Of a stretch of 64,000 bases of DNA, positions 19,582 to 27,935 are shown in pieces. The stretch is from assembly GCA_963727505.1 (NCBI GenBank), contig CAVSGP010000009.1, positions 1-64,000 of the forward strand, written 5' to 3'. The notes below the pieces were generated by a model. It did no database searches. It was not told the origin of the DNA and was given only the letters and a program-made list of their open reading frames with translations. Each line of letters starts with the position of its first letter. Positions within the stretch are counted from its first letter, which is position 1. This DNA comes from an uncultured Trueperaceae bacterium (GTDB lineage Bacteria > Deinococcota > Deinococci > Deinococcales > Trueperaceae). A program made the translations under genes and the position numbers.

Positions 19582-19980
19582 TCTGATCCGTGCTCCTCAC
19601 TGCTAATCCGGAGCCTGCGCATGCCGGGGCGGGCCGGTTGGTGTGCCCCGTCGTCGTCTTGGGAAGGTGGTGTGAGGCGTTCCCCCGTCGGCGTGCCGCC
19701 GTTAGCCCCCCGCGCGAGCGCACTGCCATCCGAGAGAGTTGGTGGCTCGCGGTCCTTCTCGGGGGTCGAGAAGGCCGTGCCATAGAGCGCTCGCGATCCT
19801 ACTTCGTCAGGCTAGTGCCCATGCGTCGGGGCGGGTAGATGCCGCTAGACCGGTAGCACTGGGGTTACGACACTAACGGGCTCGGGGTCGCGTCGGAATG
19901 GTTGCCGTGGGCCTCTCGCTGACGACTCGATCGGTTCGATGCCGGGGCTTGCGTGTATAGCTCGTGACATTTGGCGACCC

Positions 19981-20006
19981 CGAGCGGAGTGGGAGGACTC
20001 CGCTCG
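19981..20006. terminator. GC hairpin downstream of the first lmo0937-like gene
   Basis: CGAGCGGAGT-gggagg-ACTCCGCTCG, perfect 10-bp stem; no U-tract. Confidence 0.4.
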
Positions 20007-20038
20007 AGGTCGCAGAGGATGGGGCCTTTCCCGTCCGG

Positions 20039-20185
20039 CTATACGCGTCGGACCTGGAAGGCGCGGACGATCAGGAGGAGTACTCCGATGCCCAGGAGGA
20101 CATAGATGACGCCTCCGAAGGTGGTCGAGGTGATGAGCCCTAGGAGCCACAGGATGATCAGGACGACCGCGATGGTCAAGAGCAT
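20039..20185 (-). CDS. lmo0937-family small membrane protein, copy 1 (48 aa)
   Basis: Below the ORF-track cutoff: MLLTIAVVLIILWLLGLITSTTFGGVIYVLLGIGVLLLIVRAFQVRRV; GAGGAG SD. Confidence 0.85.
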   Translation of the reverse strand: MLLTIAVVLIILWLLGLITSTTFGGVIYVLLGIGVLLLIVRAFQVRRV

Positions 20186-20228
20186 GTCGATTCTCTCCTC
20201 ACACGGCGAGGCTTCGGAACGTTCTCTT

Positions 20229-20537
20229 CTAGGGGGATTCGGCCTTCGAAACGTCGGCCACGTCCTCCTCGTTGATGTTGAAGGTGCCCTGAGTGGTTTG
20301 GATGACGGTCTTCCGGGAGGTGTTGGTGGGATGGCGGATCAGCGTCCCTACCAGCTCTTCTCCCTCGTCGAAGTACCAGGGCCCGAAGTGGACCTTGATC
20401 GCCAACGAGGGTCGCAGGAGAACCAGACGATGGGGAGCCGGGTCGGTCGCACCGGCCGCGAGACCGTGCCAGACCGTCGGCGGAGTACCAGGCTCAGCGA
20501 GCTGCTGCGTCGGTGCGCGGTGCGCTGGGATCCCCAT
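20229..20537 (-). CDS. Hypothetical protein (102 aa)
   Basis: GGAGG SD before ATG 20537; beta-rich C-half (IKVHFGPWYFDEGEELVG...GTFNINEEDV); co-oriented with the lmo0937-like gene. Confidence 0.55.
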   Translation of the reverse strand: MGIPAHRAPTQQLAEPGTPPTVWHGLAAGATDPAPHRLVLLRPSLAIKVHFGPWYFDEGEELVGTLIRHPTNTSRKTVIQTTQGTFNINEEDVADVSKAESP

Positions 20538-20964
20538 GCTCGTCGCCTCCCCACTGGTTGTGCTCCCTGGATGCGCCGTCGTTGGGCGTGTGATGCGTGG
20601 CCGATGGGCGGCTGCTCCCCAAGCGCCCACGGGTGGGGCGCGCTTTCCCAATTGGCGGACGCCAGGGTTCTTGCTATCGAGGCTAGGCCCGCGACGAACG
20701 GCAGACTAGAGGCGTGGTGGCTATCCGGGGTGGGGTCGTGACCTCAGGACTGACGACGGGTGTTCGTTCGAGGCGGTGTCCTGATGTGGCTGCAACGTAG
20801 GCGGTGACCGTGCCGCCGGTCGTTGGCACGAACGTCAGCCAGGTGCCGAACGTCCGGGGCAGGGGAGGCGTGTCACGTGAGGGGCCCGAAGGGCGGCCCC
20901 CGATGATAATGGGGGATGGAGGCGAAGGCACCTCCCATCCCAAGCTGTAGGCAGGAGAACGGCC

Positions 20965-21192
20965 ATGTCGAGGTGCAAGAGAAGCGACGAGCTCGAAGTG
21001 CATCACAAGCGGCGTGGCAAGGGCAACCGCCTGTCCAACGCGACAGTATTGTGTCGGCCTTGCCTCGAGAAGACGCCCTTCTACGGCCTGTCAGGCCCGA
21101 GCCCCGAGCCCTTCACGGAGACGACGAGACGGCAGGCGATGGAACGGGCAGGCAACCGCTGCCAGTGCACGAGCTCACGTGACTGTCATTGA
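20965..21192 (+). CDS. Small HNH-like zinc-binding protein, apparently circularly permuted (75 aa)
   Basis: AGGAG SD; LEVHH...GNRLSN...LCRPC followed by FTETTRRQAMERAGNRCQC. Confidence 0.7.
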   Translation: MSRCKRSDELEVHHKRRGKGNRLSNATVLCRPCLEKTPFYGLSGPSPEPFTETTRRQAMERAGNRCQCTSSRDCH

Positions 21193-22152
21193 CGCGGCGC
21201 AACGGGGGGTCTCGACTGCCGTTGCGAGACCGTTCGCCGCGGCGTAGGCGATGGGTACGATGATCGTTGCGGCCCCCGGTCTGACCTCGGCATCGAGCGG
21301 CGTGTGACCGAGCGGTTCGCCGTCGATCTGTACCTCCAGTGGGGGTGTGGCGGTGATGCGGATATGTGACGCTGAGAAGGTGGTGATGCCGCGGTCGTTC
21401 CTCACGTGCCGGGAGAACACTTGGTACGCTAACCGGGCCAGCCCGCCGGCGCTTGCGGCAGACACGACGGCCAGGTCGAGCAAGCCGTCGTGCGGGCTCA
21501 CGCCGCGACCGAAATCGATACCGAGGTCGGGGAACGCACCGACATTGAAGATCATGGCCGTGTGCGCGTGGAACGATCGCTGCACCCCGTCGATCTCGAG
21601 ATCGACCCGTGAGCGCTTCAACGTGAAGAGGTTCTTCACGCCGGACGCCACATACGCGAACCGTCCCAGCCTGTCCTTGCTGGCACGGGGCGCATCCCCG
21701 ATGAGTTGCGCGTCCCACCCCGCACCCGCCACCAACGCGAAGTAGCGATCCTGCTTCGGCAGGTATCCGACGTCCAGCGCCACCGCTACGCCCGTCATCG
21801 CCGTCTCGAGGGCCGTCTCCGGGTCGGGACCTATGCCGAATGCGCGGGCCAGTAGATCGGCCGTGCCTCCTGGGATGATCGCGAGCGGGACGGCGCGCTC
21901 GTTGGCGATCAGTCCGCTCATCGCCTCCATGACGGTCCCATCGCCCCCGCCCGCGATCACCAGGTCGGCCGTGCTGTCGCGGCTCCATTCGAAGGCGTCC
22001 CCGCTCTTCTCGGTCAGGCGCACCTCGTAGGTCGCGTCCGTTCGCGCGAGTCTCGCGTCGACGAGCTGGCGCAACGCCTCGTGGCCGCCCCCTCCAGCCA
22101 CCGGGTTCACGATGACCAGTACATTCCTAGCTTCGCTCACGATGTCCACCAT
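21175..22152 (-). CDS. Diacylglycerol kinase family (YegS/BmrU-like) lipid kinase
   Basis: VNPVAG, AGGDGT, IPGGTADL, AGAGWDA and QIDGE motifs; start may be GTG 22140. Confidence 0.9.
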   Translation of the reverse strand: MVDIVSEARNVLVIVNPVAGGGGHEALRQLVDARLARTDATYEVRLTEKSGDAFEWSRDSTADLVIAGGGDGTVMEAMSGLIANERAVPLAIIPGGTADLLARAFGIGPDPETALETAMTGVAVALDVGYLPKQDRYFALVAGAGWDAQLIGDAPRASKDRLGRFAYVASGVKNLFTLKRSRVDLEIDGVQRSFHAHTAMIFNVGAFPDLGIDFGRGVSPHDGLLDLAVVSAASAGGLARLAYQVFSRHVRNDRGITTFSASHIRITATPPLEVQIDGEPLGHTPLDAEVRPGAATIIVPIAYAAANGLATAVETPRCAASMTVT

Positions 22153-22210
22153 AATGCGATGCGTAGCCTGTGTGGGCTCCGAAAGGCCGACGCGCATCCC
22201 ACGTGGGTTC

Positions 22211-22432
22211 CTAGGTCATGACCAGATTCATGATCGCCTGCAATTCATCGTGAGCCAGCGACTTCGTGTTGATCTCGCTGTCGTTCCGCGCTCTCGAGAC
22301 CTGGACGACCGCCTCGTCGTACACGACCCAGAAGGCATCTTCGCCATCCAACCGCGCGTTTTGAACCGCCAGGTACAGGGGCCTCAGCCGGTCCGCGACA
22401 CTCGTGCACAGGGAAGCTGCTGCCGGGTCCAT
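22211..22432 (-). CDS. Unknown 73-aa helical protein, paralog A
   Basis: MDPAAASLCTSVADRLRPLY...LQAIMNLVMT; ATG overlaps the upstream stop (TGATG); homologous to 27391-27612. Confidence 0.75.
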   Translation of the reverse strand: MDPAAASLCTSVADRLRPLYLAVQNARLDGEDAFWVVYDEAVVQVSRARNDSEINTKSLAHDELQAIMNLVMT

Positions 22433-22578
22433 CAGGCTCGCCGACCCTGGAAGACGCGCACCAGCAGTAGCACTACGGCAACGATCAGGAGGATATAGAT
22501 CACTCCGCCGAGGGTCGTCGACGTAACGAGCCCCAGGATCCAGAGGATGATCAAGACGACCGCGATCCCCACCAGCAT
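22432..22578 (-). CDS. lmo0937-family small membrane protein, copy 2 (48 aa)
   Basis: MLVGIAVVLIILWILGLVTSTTLGGVIYILLIVAVVLLLVRVFQGRRA; GAGGAG SD. Confidence 0.85.
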   Translation of the reverse strand: MLVGIAVVLIILWILGLVTSTTLGGVIYILLIVAVVLLLVRVFQGRRA

Positions 22579-22812
22579 GATGTGTCTCCTCGCTCGCGCC
22601 GAGGCGCGCTAGAACGCATGTCCGCAATGGGCTGGAGCGTGCCCTGCTCTTCTACCTCCGTCGCCCGCTGCAGGTGTGACGAGAGGGGTGCGGCGCGAAC
22701 CTCAACATAGGAGCCTCGCTCGGGGTCGACCAGATGTCGGTGTACTCTTCGGGTTGGGGTCAGGACCTCCCCGTGCGGGTGACCGACGCGCGACCGGGAG
22801 TGCCGCGGGGAT

Positions 22813-22818
22813 TATGAT
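22813..22818 (+). promoter_or_regulatory. -10 box TATGAT 6 nt before ATG 22825 (leaderless)
   Basis: TATGAT-ggccgc-ATG; no SD. Confidence 0.6.
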
Positions 22819-22824
22819 GGCCGC

Positions 22825-24387
22825 ATGACTGATCGCGATCCCGCCGTTCCCGCCCATAGCGACCGAGCGGGGACCGGTGTCCGTGGCCTCGACACCATCC
22901 TCGATGGTGGCCTTCCGCGCGAGTGGATCTACCTTGTGAAGGGTGCACCTGGTACGGGGAAGACCACGTTGGGACTCCAGTTCCTGATCGAGGGGGTTCG
23001 ATCGGGTGAGCGGGTGCTGTACGTGACGCTGTCGCATACCGAGCGGGAGCTTCGGGAGATCGCTCGTTCCCATGGCTGGTCGCTCGACGGCGTACCGATC
23101 TACGAATTCTCGGCCCGACAGGCGGCTGAGCGTCTGTCGGCCGATCAGACGGTGTTCCGCACGGACGAGGTGGAGCTCGGGGAGACGATCGACAGCATCC
23201 TGGCGGCCGTGGGTGAAGTCCAGCCGGAGCGGCTGGTGTTCGATCCGGTCGAGCAGATCCGCCAGCTCACCGCGAGCCCGCTCCGATATCGCAGGCAGCT
23301 CCTGCTGCTCAAACAAGCCCTCAGCGATCTCCCGTGCACCAGCCTGTTCCTGACCGGCCTCTTGCCGGAGGGGGAGTCGGAGCTCGAGAGCCTGGTCCAC
23401 GGCATCCTCGCGCTCCAGCGGTGGTCGCCGGCGTACGGTCCGACCAGGCGGCAGTTGGAGATGGTCAAAGGACGCGGCATGGTCTACGAAGCGGGTTACC
23501 ACAGTTTCCGCATCCGTACGGGTGGGTTGGAGGTGCATCCGCGCCTCGATACGTTGAGCTCGACGGACCGTGTCAGCGCTAGCGCGTTGGAGAGCGGCGT
23601 GGGGGAACTCGATACCCTGCTTGGCGGTGGGCTCGAAGGAGGTACTGCGTGTCTCATCCTTGGGCCGACCGGCACCGGCAAGAGTTCCATCGCAAGCCTC
23701 TACGCGTTCGCTTCTGCCGAGCGAGGCGACAGGTCGGCGATCTTCCTCTTCGACGAGCGTCCCGAGAGTCTCCTGCGACGAGCCGAAGGCCTGTCCATGG
23801 GGCTCCGGTCCCAGGTCGACGCCGGTCTCGTGCGCCTGCGGCGGATCAACACGGGCGAGCTGTCCCCCGGAGAGTTCGCCCACATGGTGCGCCAGGCCGT
23901 CGAGGAGGACGGGGCCAAGCTCGTGGTGATCGACAGCCTGACCGGATACCTCAACGCCATGCAGGAGGACCTGCTCGTCACCCAGTTGCACGAGCTCATC
24001 GCCTACCTGAGCAATCGTGGGGTGTTGACGCTGCTGCTCATGGCGCAGGGCGGGATGCTGGGTAGCGACGAGATCATGCCGCTCGACATCAGCTACCTGG
24101 CCGATACCGTGCTGCTCCTTCGCCATTTCGAAACCGAGGGTCGCCTGCGACGAGCGATCTCCGTCATCAAGAAGCGCCACGGCGCTCATGAGACGACCAT
24201 CCGCGAGCTCAGCTTGAATGCGACTGGCATCCATGTGGGTGCCCCGCTCGTTGGCTTCCGCAACGTGTTGAGCGGGACTCCGGTTCTCGATCCGAACCAG
24301 CCCTTCGCTGCGTCGGAGCCGGAACCTGTCGACGAGGCGCCCGGCGCCGACCCGGGTACGCGCGACAGCGGCAAGGATGAGCGCTAG
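22825..24387 (+). CDS. Second KaiC-like double-domain ATPase (SY phosphosite type)
   Basis: GAPGTGKT and GPTGTGKS Walker A; VIDSLTGY; ISYLADTV; KGRG and KKRHG; no coiled-coil tail. Confidence 0.9.
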   Translation: MTDRDPAVPAHSDRAGTGVRGLDTILDGGLPREWIYLVKGAPGTGKTTLGLQFLIEGVRSGERVLYVTLSHTERELREIARSHGWSLDGVPIYEFSARQAAERLSADQTVFRTDEVELGETIDSILAAVGEVQPERLVFDPVEQIRQLTASPLRYRRQLLLLKQALSDLPCTSLFLTGLLPEGESELESLVHGILALQRWSPAYGPTRRQLEMVKGRGMVYEAGYHSFRIRTGGLEVHPRLDTLSSTDRVSASALESGVGELDTLLGGGLEGGTACLILGPTGTGKSSIASLYAFASAERGDRSAIFLFDERPESLLRRAEGLSMGLRSQVDAGLVRLRRINTGELSPGEFAHMVRQAVEEDGAKLVVIDSLTGYLNAMQEDLLVTQLHELIAYLSNRGVLTLLLMAQGGMLGSDEIMPLDISYLADTVLLLRHFETEGRLRRAISVIKKRHGAHETTIRELSLNATGIHVGAPLVGFRNVLSGTPVLDPNQPFAASEPEPVDEAPGADPGTRDSGKDER

Positions 24388-25552
24388 CCCGCACGAATAC
24401 CGCGTCCTCGTGTTGGCCCCGGTCGGCAGGGACGCCAGCCTGATGGGCGACGTCCTGTCACAGGCGGGACTGCTGAACGTGCCCTGCCAAGACGCCGCGG
24501 AACTTCGCCGTAGGCTGGGCGAGGGATGCGGTGCGGTGGTGCTGACCGCGGAGGCCCTCACTGGGCGGACGACGGACATCCTGCAACGTGCGGATGAGAC
24601 ACAACCTACCTGGTCGGACCTGCCTCTCGTCCTGCTGGTCGATTCACCCTGGGTCGGCCCGGATGCGCTGGTCGACAGCGGCACCACGACGGTGCTCTTC
24701 CGTCCCGTCCATCCCTCGAGCCTCGTCACGGTGGTGCGTGCTGCGCTCAGGGCGCGAAGACGGCAGTTCCAGGTGCGGGACCTGCTGGCCAGGCAGGAGC
24801 GCATCTCCCAGGATCTCGGGGCACGCGTGGCCGAGCGCACCGCCGAGCTCCAGGCGTCTCACGATGCCGTGGTGGCCCAGCAGACGCATGTTGCGGCCAT
24901 CCTGGGCAGCATCTCCGACGGCTTCGCTGCGATCGATCGCGACGATCGGTTGACCTTTCTGAACCCGATGGGCGAGGAGGTGATCGCGCACCTGACGGGG
25001 AAGGTACCGCAGGACCTGATCGGCATGTCGGTGTGGGACATCTTTCCTGGGGCGCGGGACAGCTCTCTCGCGCGTCGCTACCGAGAGGCCGTGGCGAGTC
25101 ACGATCCCGTTACCTTCGAGACGCACGTGCCTTCGCTCAACGCCTGGCTCCAGGCGCGGGCGTATTCGATGGGCGAGGGAGGTCTGACCATCTACATGGA
25201 GGACATCACCGAGCGCAAGCGGAGCGAAGAGGAGCTCATGCGCGCCGTGCAGGAGGTGATGACCGACACTGCGTGGTTCAGCCGGTCACTGCTCGAGAAG
25301 ATCGCTCAGATCCGGGGGAGGACGCGCGGGGACCAGGCGAGTGGTGCGGCGGTGGCCATGCTCACTACCCGTGAGCGGCAGGTTCTGGAGCGCATGGCAT
25401 CAGGACGGGACAATGGCAGCATCGCAGCCGAGCTGACGATCAAGGAACAGACCGTACGCAACTACATCACCCGCATCTACGAGAAGCTGGACCTCCATTC
25501 GCGGGCCGATGCCATCGTGTGGGCCAGGGAGCGGGGCTTGGCTGGGAAATGA
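24377..25552 (+). CDS. Pseudo-receiver-PAS-LuxR HTH transcriptional regulator
   Basis: N-terminal RVLVLAPVGRDA...QPTWSDLP REC-like fold lacking the acidic pocket; PAS (SISDGF...DITERK); LuxR HTH LTTRERQVL...TVRNYITRIYEKL; 11-bp overlap with the ATPase gene. Confidence 0.85.
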   Translation: MSASPHEYRVLVLAPVGRDASLMGDVLSQAGLLNVPCQDAAELRRRLGEGCGAVVLTAEALTGRTTDILQRADETQPTWSDLPLVLLVDSPWVGPDALVDSGTTTVLFRPVHPSSLVTVVRAALRARRRQFQVRDLLARQERISQDLGARVAERTAELQASHDAVVAQQTHVAAILGSISDGFAAIDRDDRLTFLNPMGEEVIAHLTGKVPQDLIGMSVWDIFPGARDSSLARRYREAVASHDPVTFETHVPSLNAWLQARAYSMGEGGLTIYMEDITERKRSEEELMRAVQEVMTDTAWFSRSLLEKIAQIRGRTRGDQASGAAVAMLTTRERQVLERMASGRDNGSIAAELTIKEQTVRNYITRIYEKLDLHSRADAIVWARERGLAGK

Positions 25553-25574
25553 AGTCCGACTGACAGACGCGTCC

Positions 25575-26487
25575 CTACCGGTGTTGCCTGGTGCCTGGTT
25601 CGCCGATCCCGAGATCTTCCGTTCGCCGTTCCATGCCCCACGCATCCATCGAGAGACGCGCTTCGCGGAAGGTTACGAGGCGGCGCTGTTTCTCATCCCA
25701 CGGCGTCAGGGCGGGTGTCTTGAGGCTTTCGGGGAGGGTGAGGGTGGAGACCGTCTGGAGGTAGGGTTCTCGTCGTGACACTTCTGGAGGTTGTAGGTGG
25801 GGATGCGGGGGCTGAGGTGGTGGATGTGGTGGAAGCCGATATTGCCGGTGAACCACTGCAGGACGCGCGGGAGTTCGTAGTAGGAGCTGCCGTGCGTGGC
25901 GGCGAGAGTGCAGTCCCACGCAGGCCGACTCCCCGGTCCGCCAGCTAAAGTCGGCCCTACAACGGGAAGCGCTGCAGAACGATGGAGTTGATGGGCGGCG
26001 CGATCGCGAACAGGAAGAGGGGGTGGCGGAACACGCGGTAGACGACCCGCATCCACCAGGGCGCCGCCGCATACTCCTGCACGGTCATGGTCCAGATGTC
26101 GTCGATCCCGCGCTCCTCGAGCTCGGCGTGGTGTGCGTGGTGGATCTTGTGGGTCTTGCGCCAGAACCGGTAGGGCACCATCGTCAGCACGCCACTGATC
26201 GAGCCGACGAGGTCGTTGGCCCGTCTGGACGTGAAGAAGGAACCGCGCCCGCAGTCGTGCTGGATGATGAAGATGCGCGCCACGAAGCCGGCCGCGGGGA
26301 TGGCCAGCAGAAGCGTGAGCCCGTAGGCCACACCTAGCGATAGGACCATCAGGCCCACCGTCAGGACCAGACCCCCGAACGAGTTCGCGATCTGCCAGAT
26401 ATCGGTTCTCAGGTCGGGCTGCTGGTACTTCTGGACGAGCCCTTTCCACTCAGCGAAATCGGATGCGGACATCGTGGTCTTGTCCAT
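25575..26487 (-). pseudogene. Fatty-acid desaturase pseudogene
   Basis: His box 1 is mutated (HDCGR), box 2 is HKIHH, and there is a stop at 25957. The central part is missing, box 3 (FHHIHH) is in another frame, and a further frameshift lies near 25764. Confidence 0.85.
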
Positions 26488-26502
26488 GAGGCTCCCCGTA
26501 CG

Positions 26503-27210
26503 TCACCTCTTGTGGGTGGCCAGCGCCGCCTCAGCCAACCCGTCCCGGTCGAGCAACACGATGCTCCCGTAGGAGGGGCGGATCAGCCCTTCCCCCTTGA
26601 GTTCGGTGATGATCTTGGAGACGCTCTCGCGCGTGCTCGCGGTTCCCTCTGCGATGAGCTCGTGCGTGGCTGCCACGCACACCCGGCCGCTGGCATCGGT
26701 GCCTGCCAAGGGGGTGTTGGAGAGCAGAAGAAGGTAGTGCGCCACGCGGGAGCGCAGGTTTCCGGTCTGCAGATGGTACTCGTAATCCATCAACCTTCGC
26801 ATCTGGTCCGATAGGGACTGCGTGATGGGTATCAGATGTCCGGCCTGGATCCGCTCGGGGTCGATGGCGTCGATGCTCACCGTCGTCAGCGCTTCGGCGA
26901 CCTCGTTCCGTTCACCCGCCGTCAGGGCTTCCTCCCCGAAGAAGTCTCCGGGGATGAGGTGGCGCACGGTCAACGTGCGGCCCTCGGGGGTCATGCGGGC
27001 GATCCGGATGAGGCCGTCGCGGACGCGGAACACCGAGTGCGCGGGATCGCCGTTCAGGTAGAGGGTCTCACGACGCTCGAGGCGGATCGTCAGACTGAAG
27101 GGGTCGGGCGTGCGGTCGGCCCACCCCGGTTTGCCGGCAACGCCCCTCCCGGCTCCGTCGAGAGGTTCCACCGTCTCGTTCCGTTCAGGCCGATCCAACT
27201 CAACGGTCAA
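26503..27210 (-). CDS. Crp/Fnr family regulator, LdrP/TTHB099-like
   Basis: RHLIPGDFFGEEAL, HLQTGNLRSRVAHYLL and THELIAEGTASTRESVSK resemble Thermus TTHB099/LdrP as recalled; start uncertain. Confidence 0.88.
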   Translation of the reverse strand: MTVELDRPERNETVEPLDGAGRGVAGKPGWADRTPDPFSLTIRLERRETLYLNGDPAHSVFRVRDGLIRIARMTPEGRTLTVRHLIPGDFFGEEALTAGERNEVAEALTTVSIDAIDPERIQAGHLIPITQSLSDQMRRLMDYEYHLQTGNLRSRVAHYLLLLSNTPLAGTDASGRVCVAATHELIAEGTASTRESVSKIITELKGEGLIRPSYGSIVLLDRDGLAEAALATHKR

Positions 27211-27390
27211 GATTCCGTCTCCTGCGCTGGACCCGAACGCGGACGCGTGTGCGCCAACGCGGCCGCCCGGTCAGGCGCCGAGCCGGGAGGTACGGAAACC
27301 CGTCCTGGCCCGCGTGGCCCGGTGCGCCGGCCGCGCCCACCTTCGTTCGGTGGTCGTCGACCTGGCCGGCGGCCGAGGGCAGAGCCGGCC

Positions 27391-27612
27391 TCATGGCATG
27401 ACCAGGTTCATGATGCGCTGGAGCACATCGCGGGAGAAGAACTGCGTCTTCGCTTCGGTCATGTGGCGGGCCTCCGCAACGAGCTTCACCGCCTCGTGGT
27501 AGAGGACGCCGAACGCGTCGATGCCCGTACCCGGCTGGTTCAGCAACTGCTGGTAGCGCGGCCTCAATTTGTCTGCAATCTGTTGACTGAGCGTGATCGC
27601 TGCCTGGTCCAT
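27391..27612 (-). CDS. Unknown 73-aa helical protein, paralog B
   Basis: GAGGAG SD; MDQAAITLSQQIADKLRPRY...LQRIMNLVMP; colinear with 22211-22432. Confidence 0.78.
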   Translation of the reverse strand: MDQAAITLSQQIADKLRPRYQQLLNQPGTGIDAFGVLYHEAVKLVAEARHMTEAKTQFFSRDVLQRIMNLVMP

Positions 27613-27935
27613 CGCTCCTCGTTCCTCGCCCTCGACGACGCTGCAGGAGCCACTCCGAGCCCGTCGGGCGGAATGCCGCCGCGCTGCACGGAATCGACCT
27701 GGAGCCACACCGACGCGCTTGCGCGCGCGTGTACCATGCTGGCTCCCTACAGGGCATCCTAGCGGGGTCGCCCGGTGGCGCCCAGAGGCACGGACCCCAG
27801 CCCTTCTGAGGCTGCCGCCCTTCCCAGGGCCCATGGGCAGGGTCGCTCGTGGTTCGTAGGATTCCGCTCACGCGCCGCGTGGGGTCGGCTCACGCCGCCC
27901 GCTCCCGCCTTGGTCGTTCGGAGCGTGCCCCCGGA

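Noticed and set aside
19590..19800. c-di-GMP riboswitch upstream of the DGC
   Set aside because: The GEMM consensus elements were not found on either strand by eye.
12686..19969. Crp-like sites TGTGA-N6-GCACG (12686) and TGT-N10-ACA (~19954)
   Set aside because: Only partial matches; cannot be distinguished from chance without a motif model.
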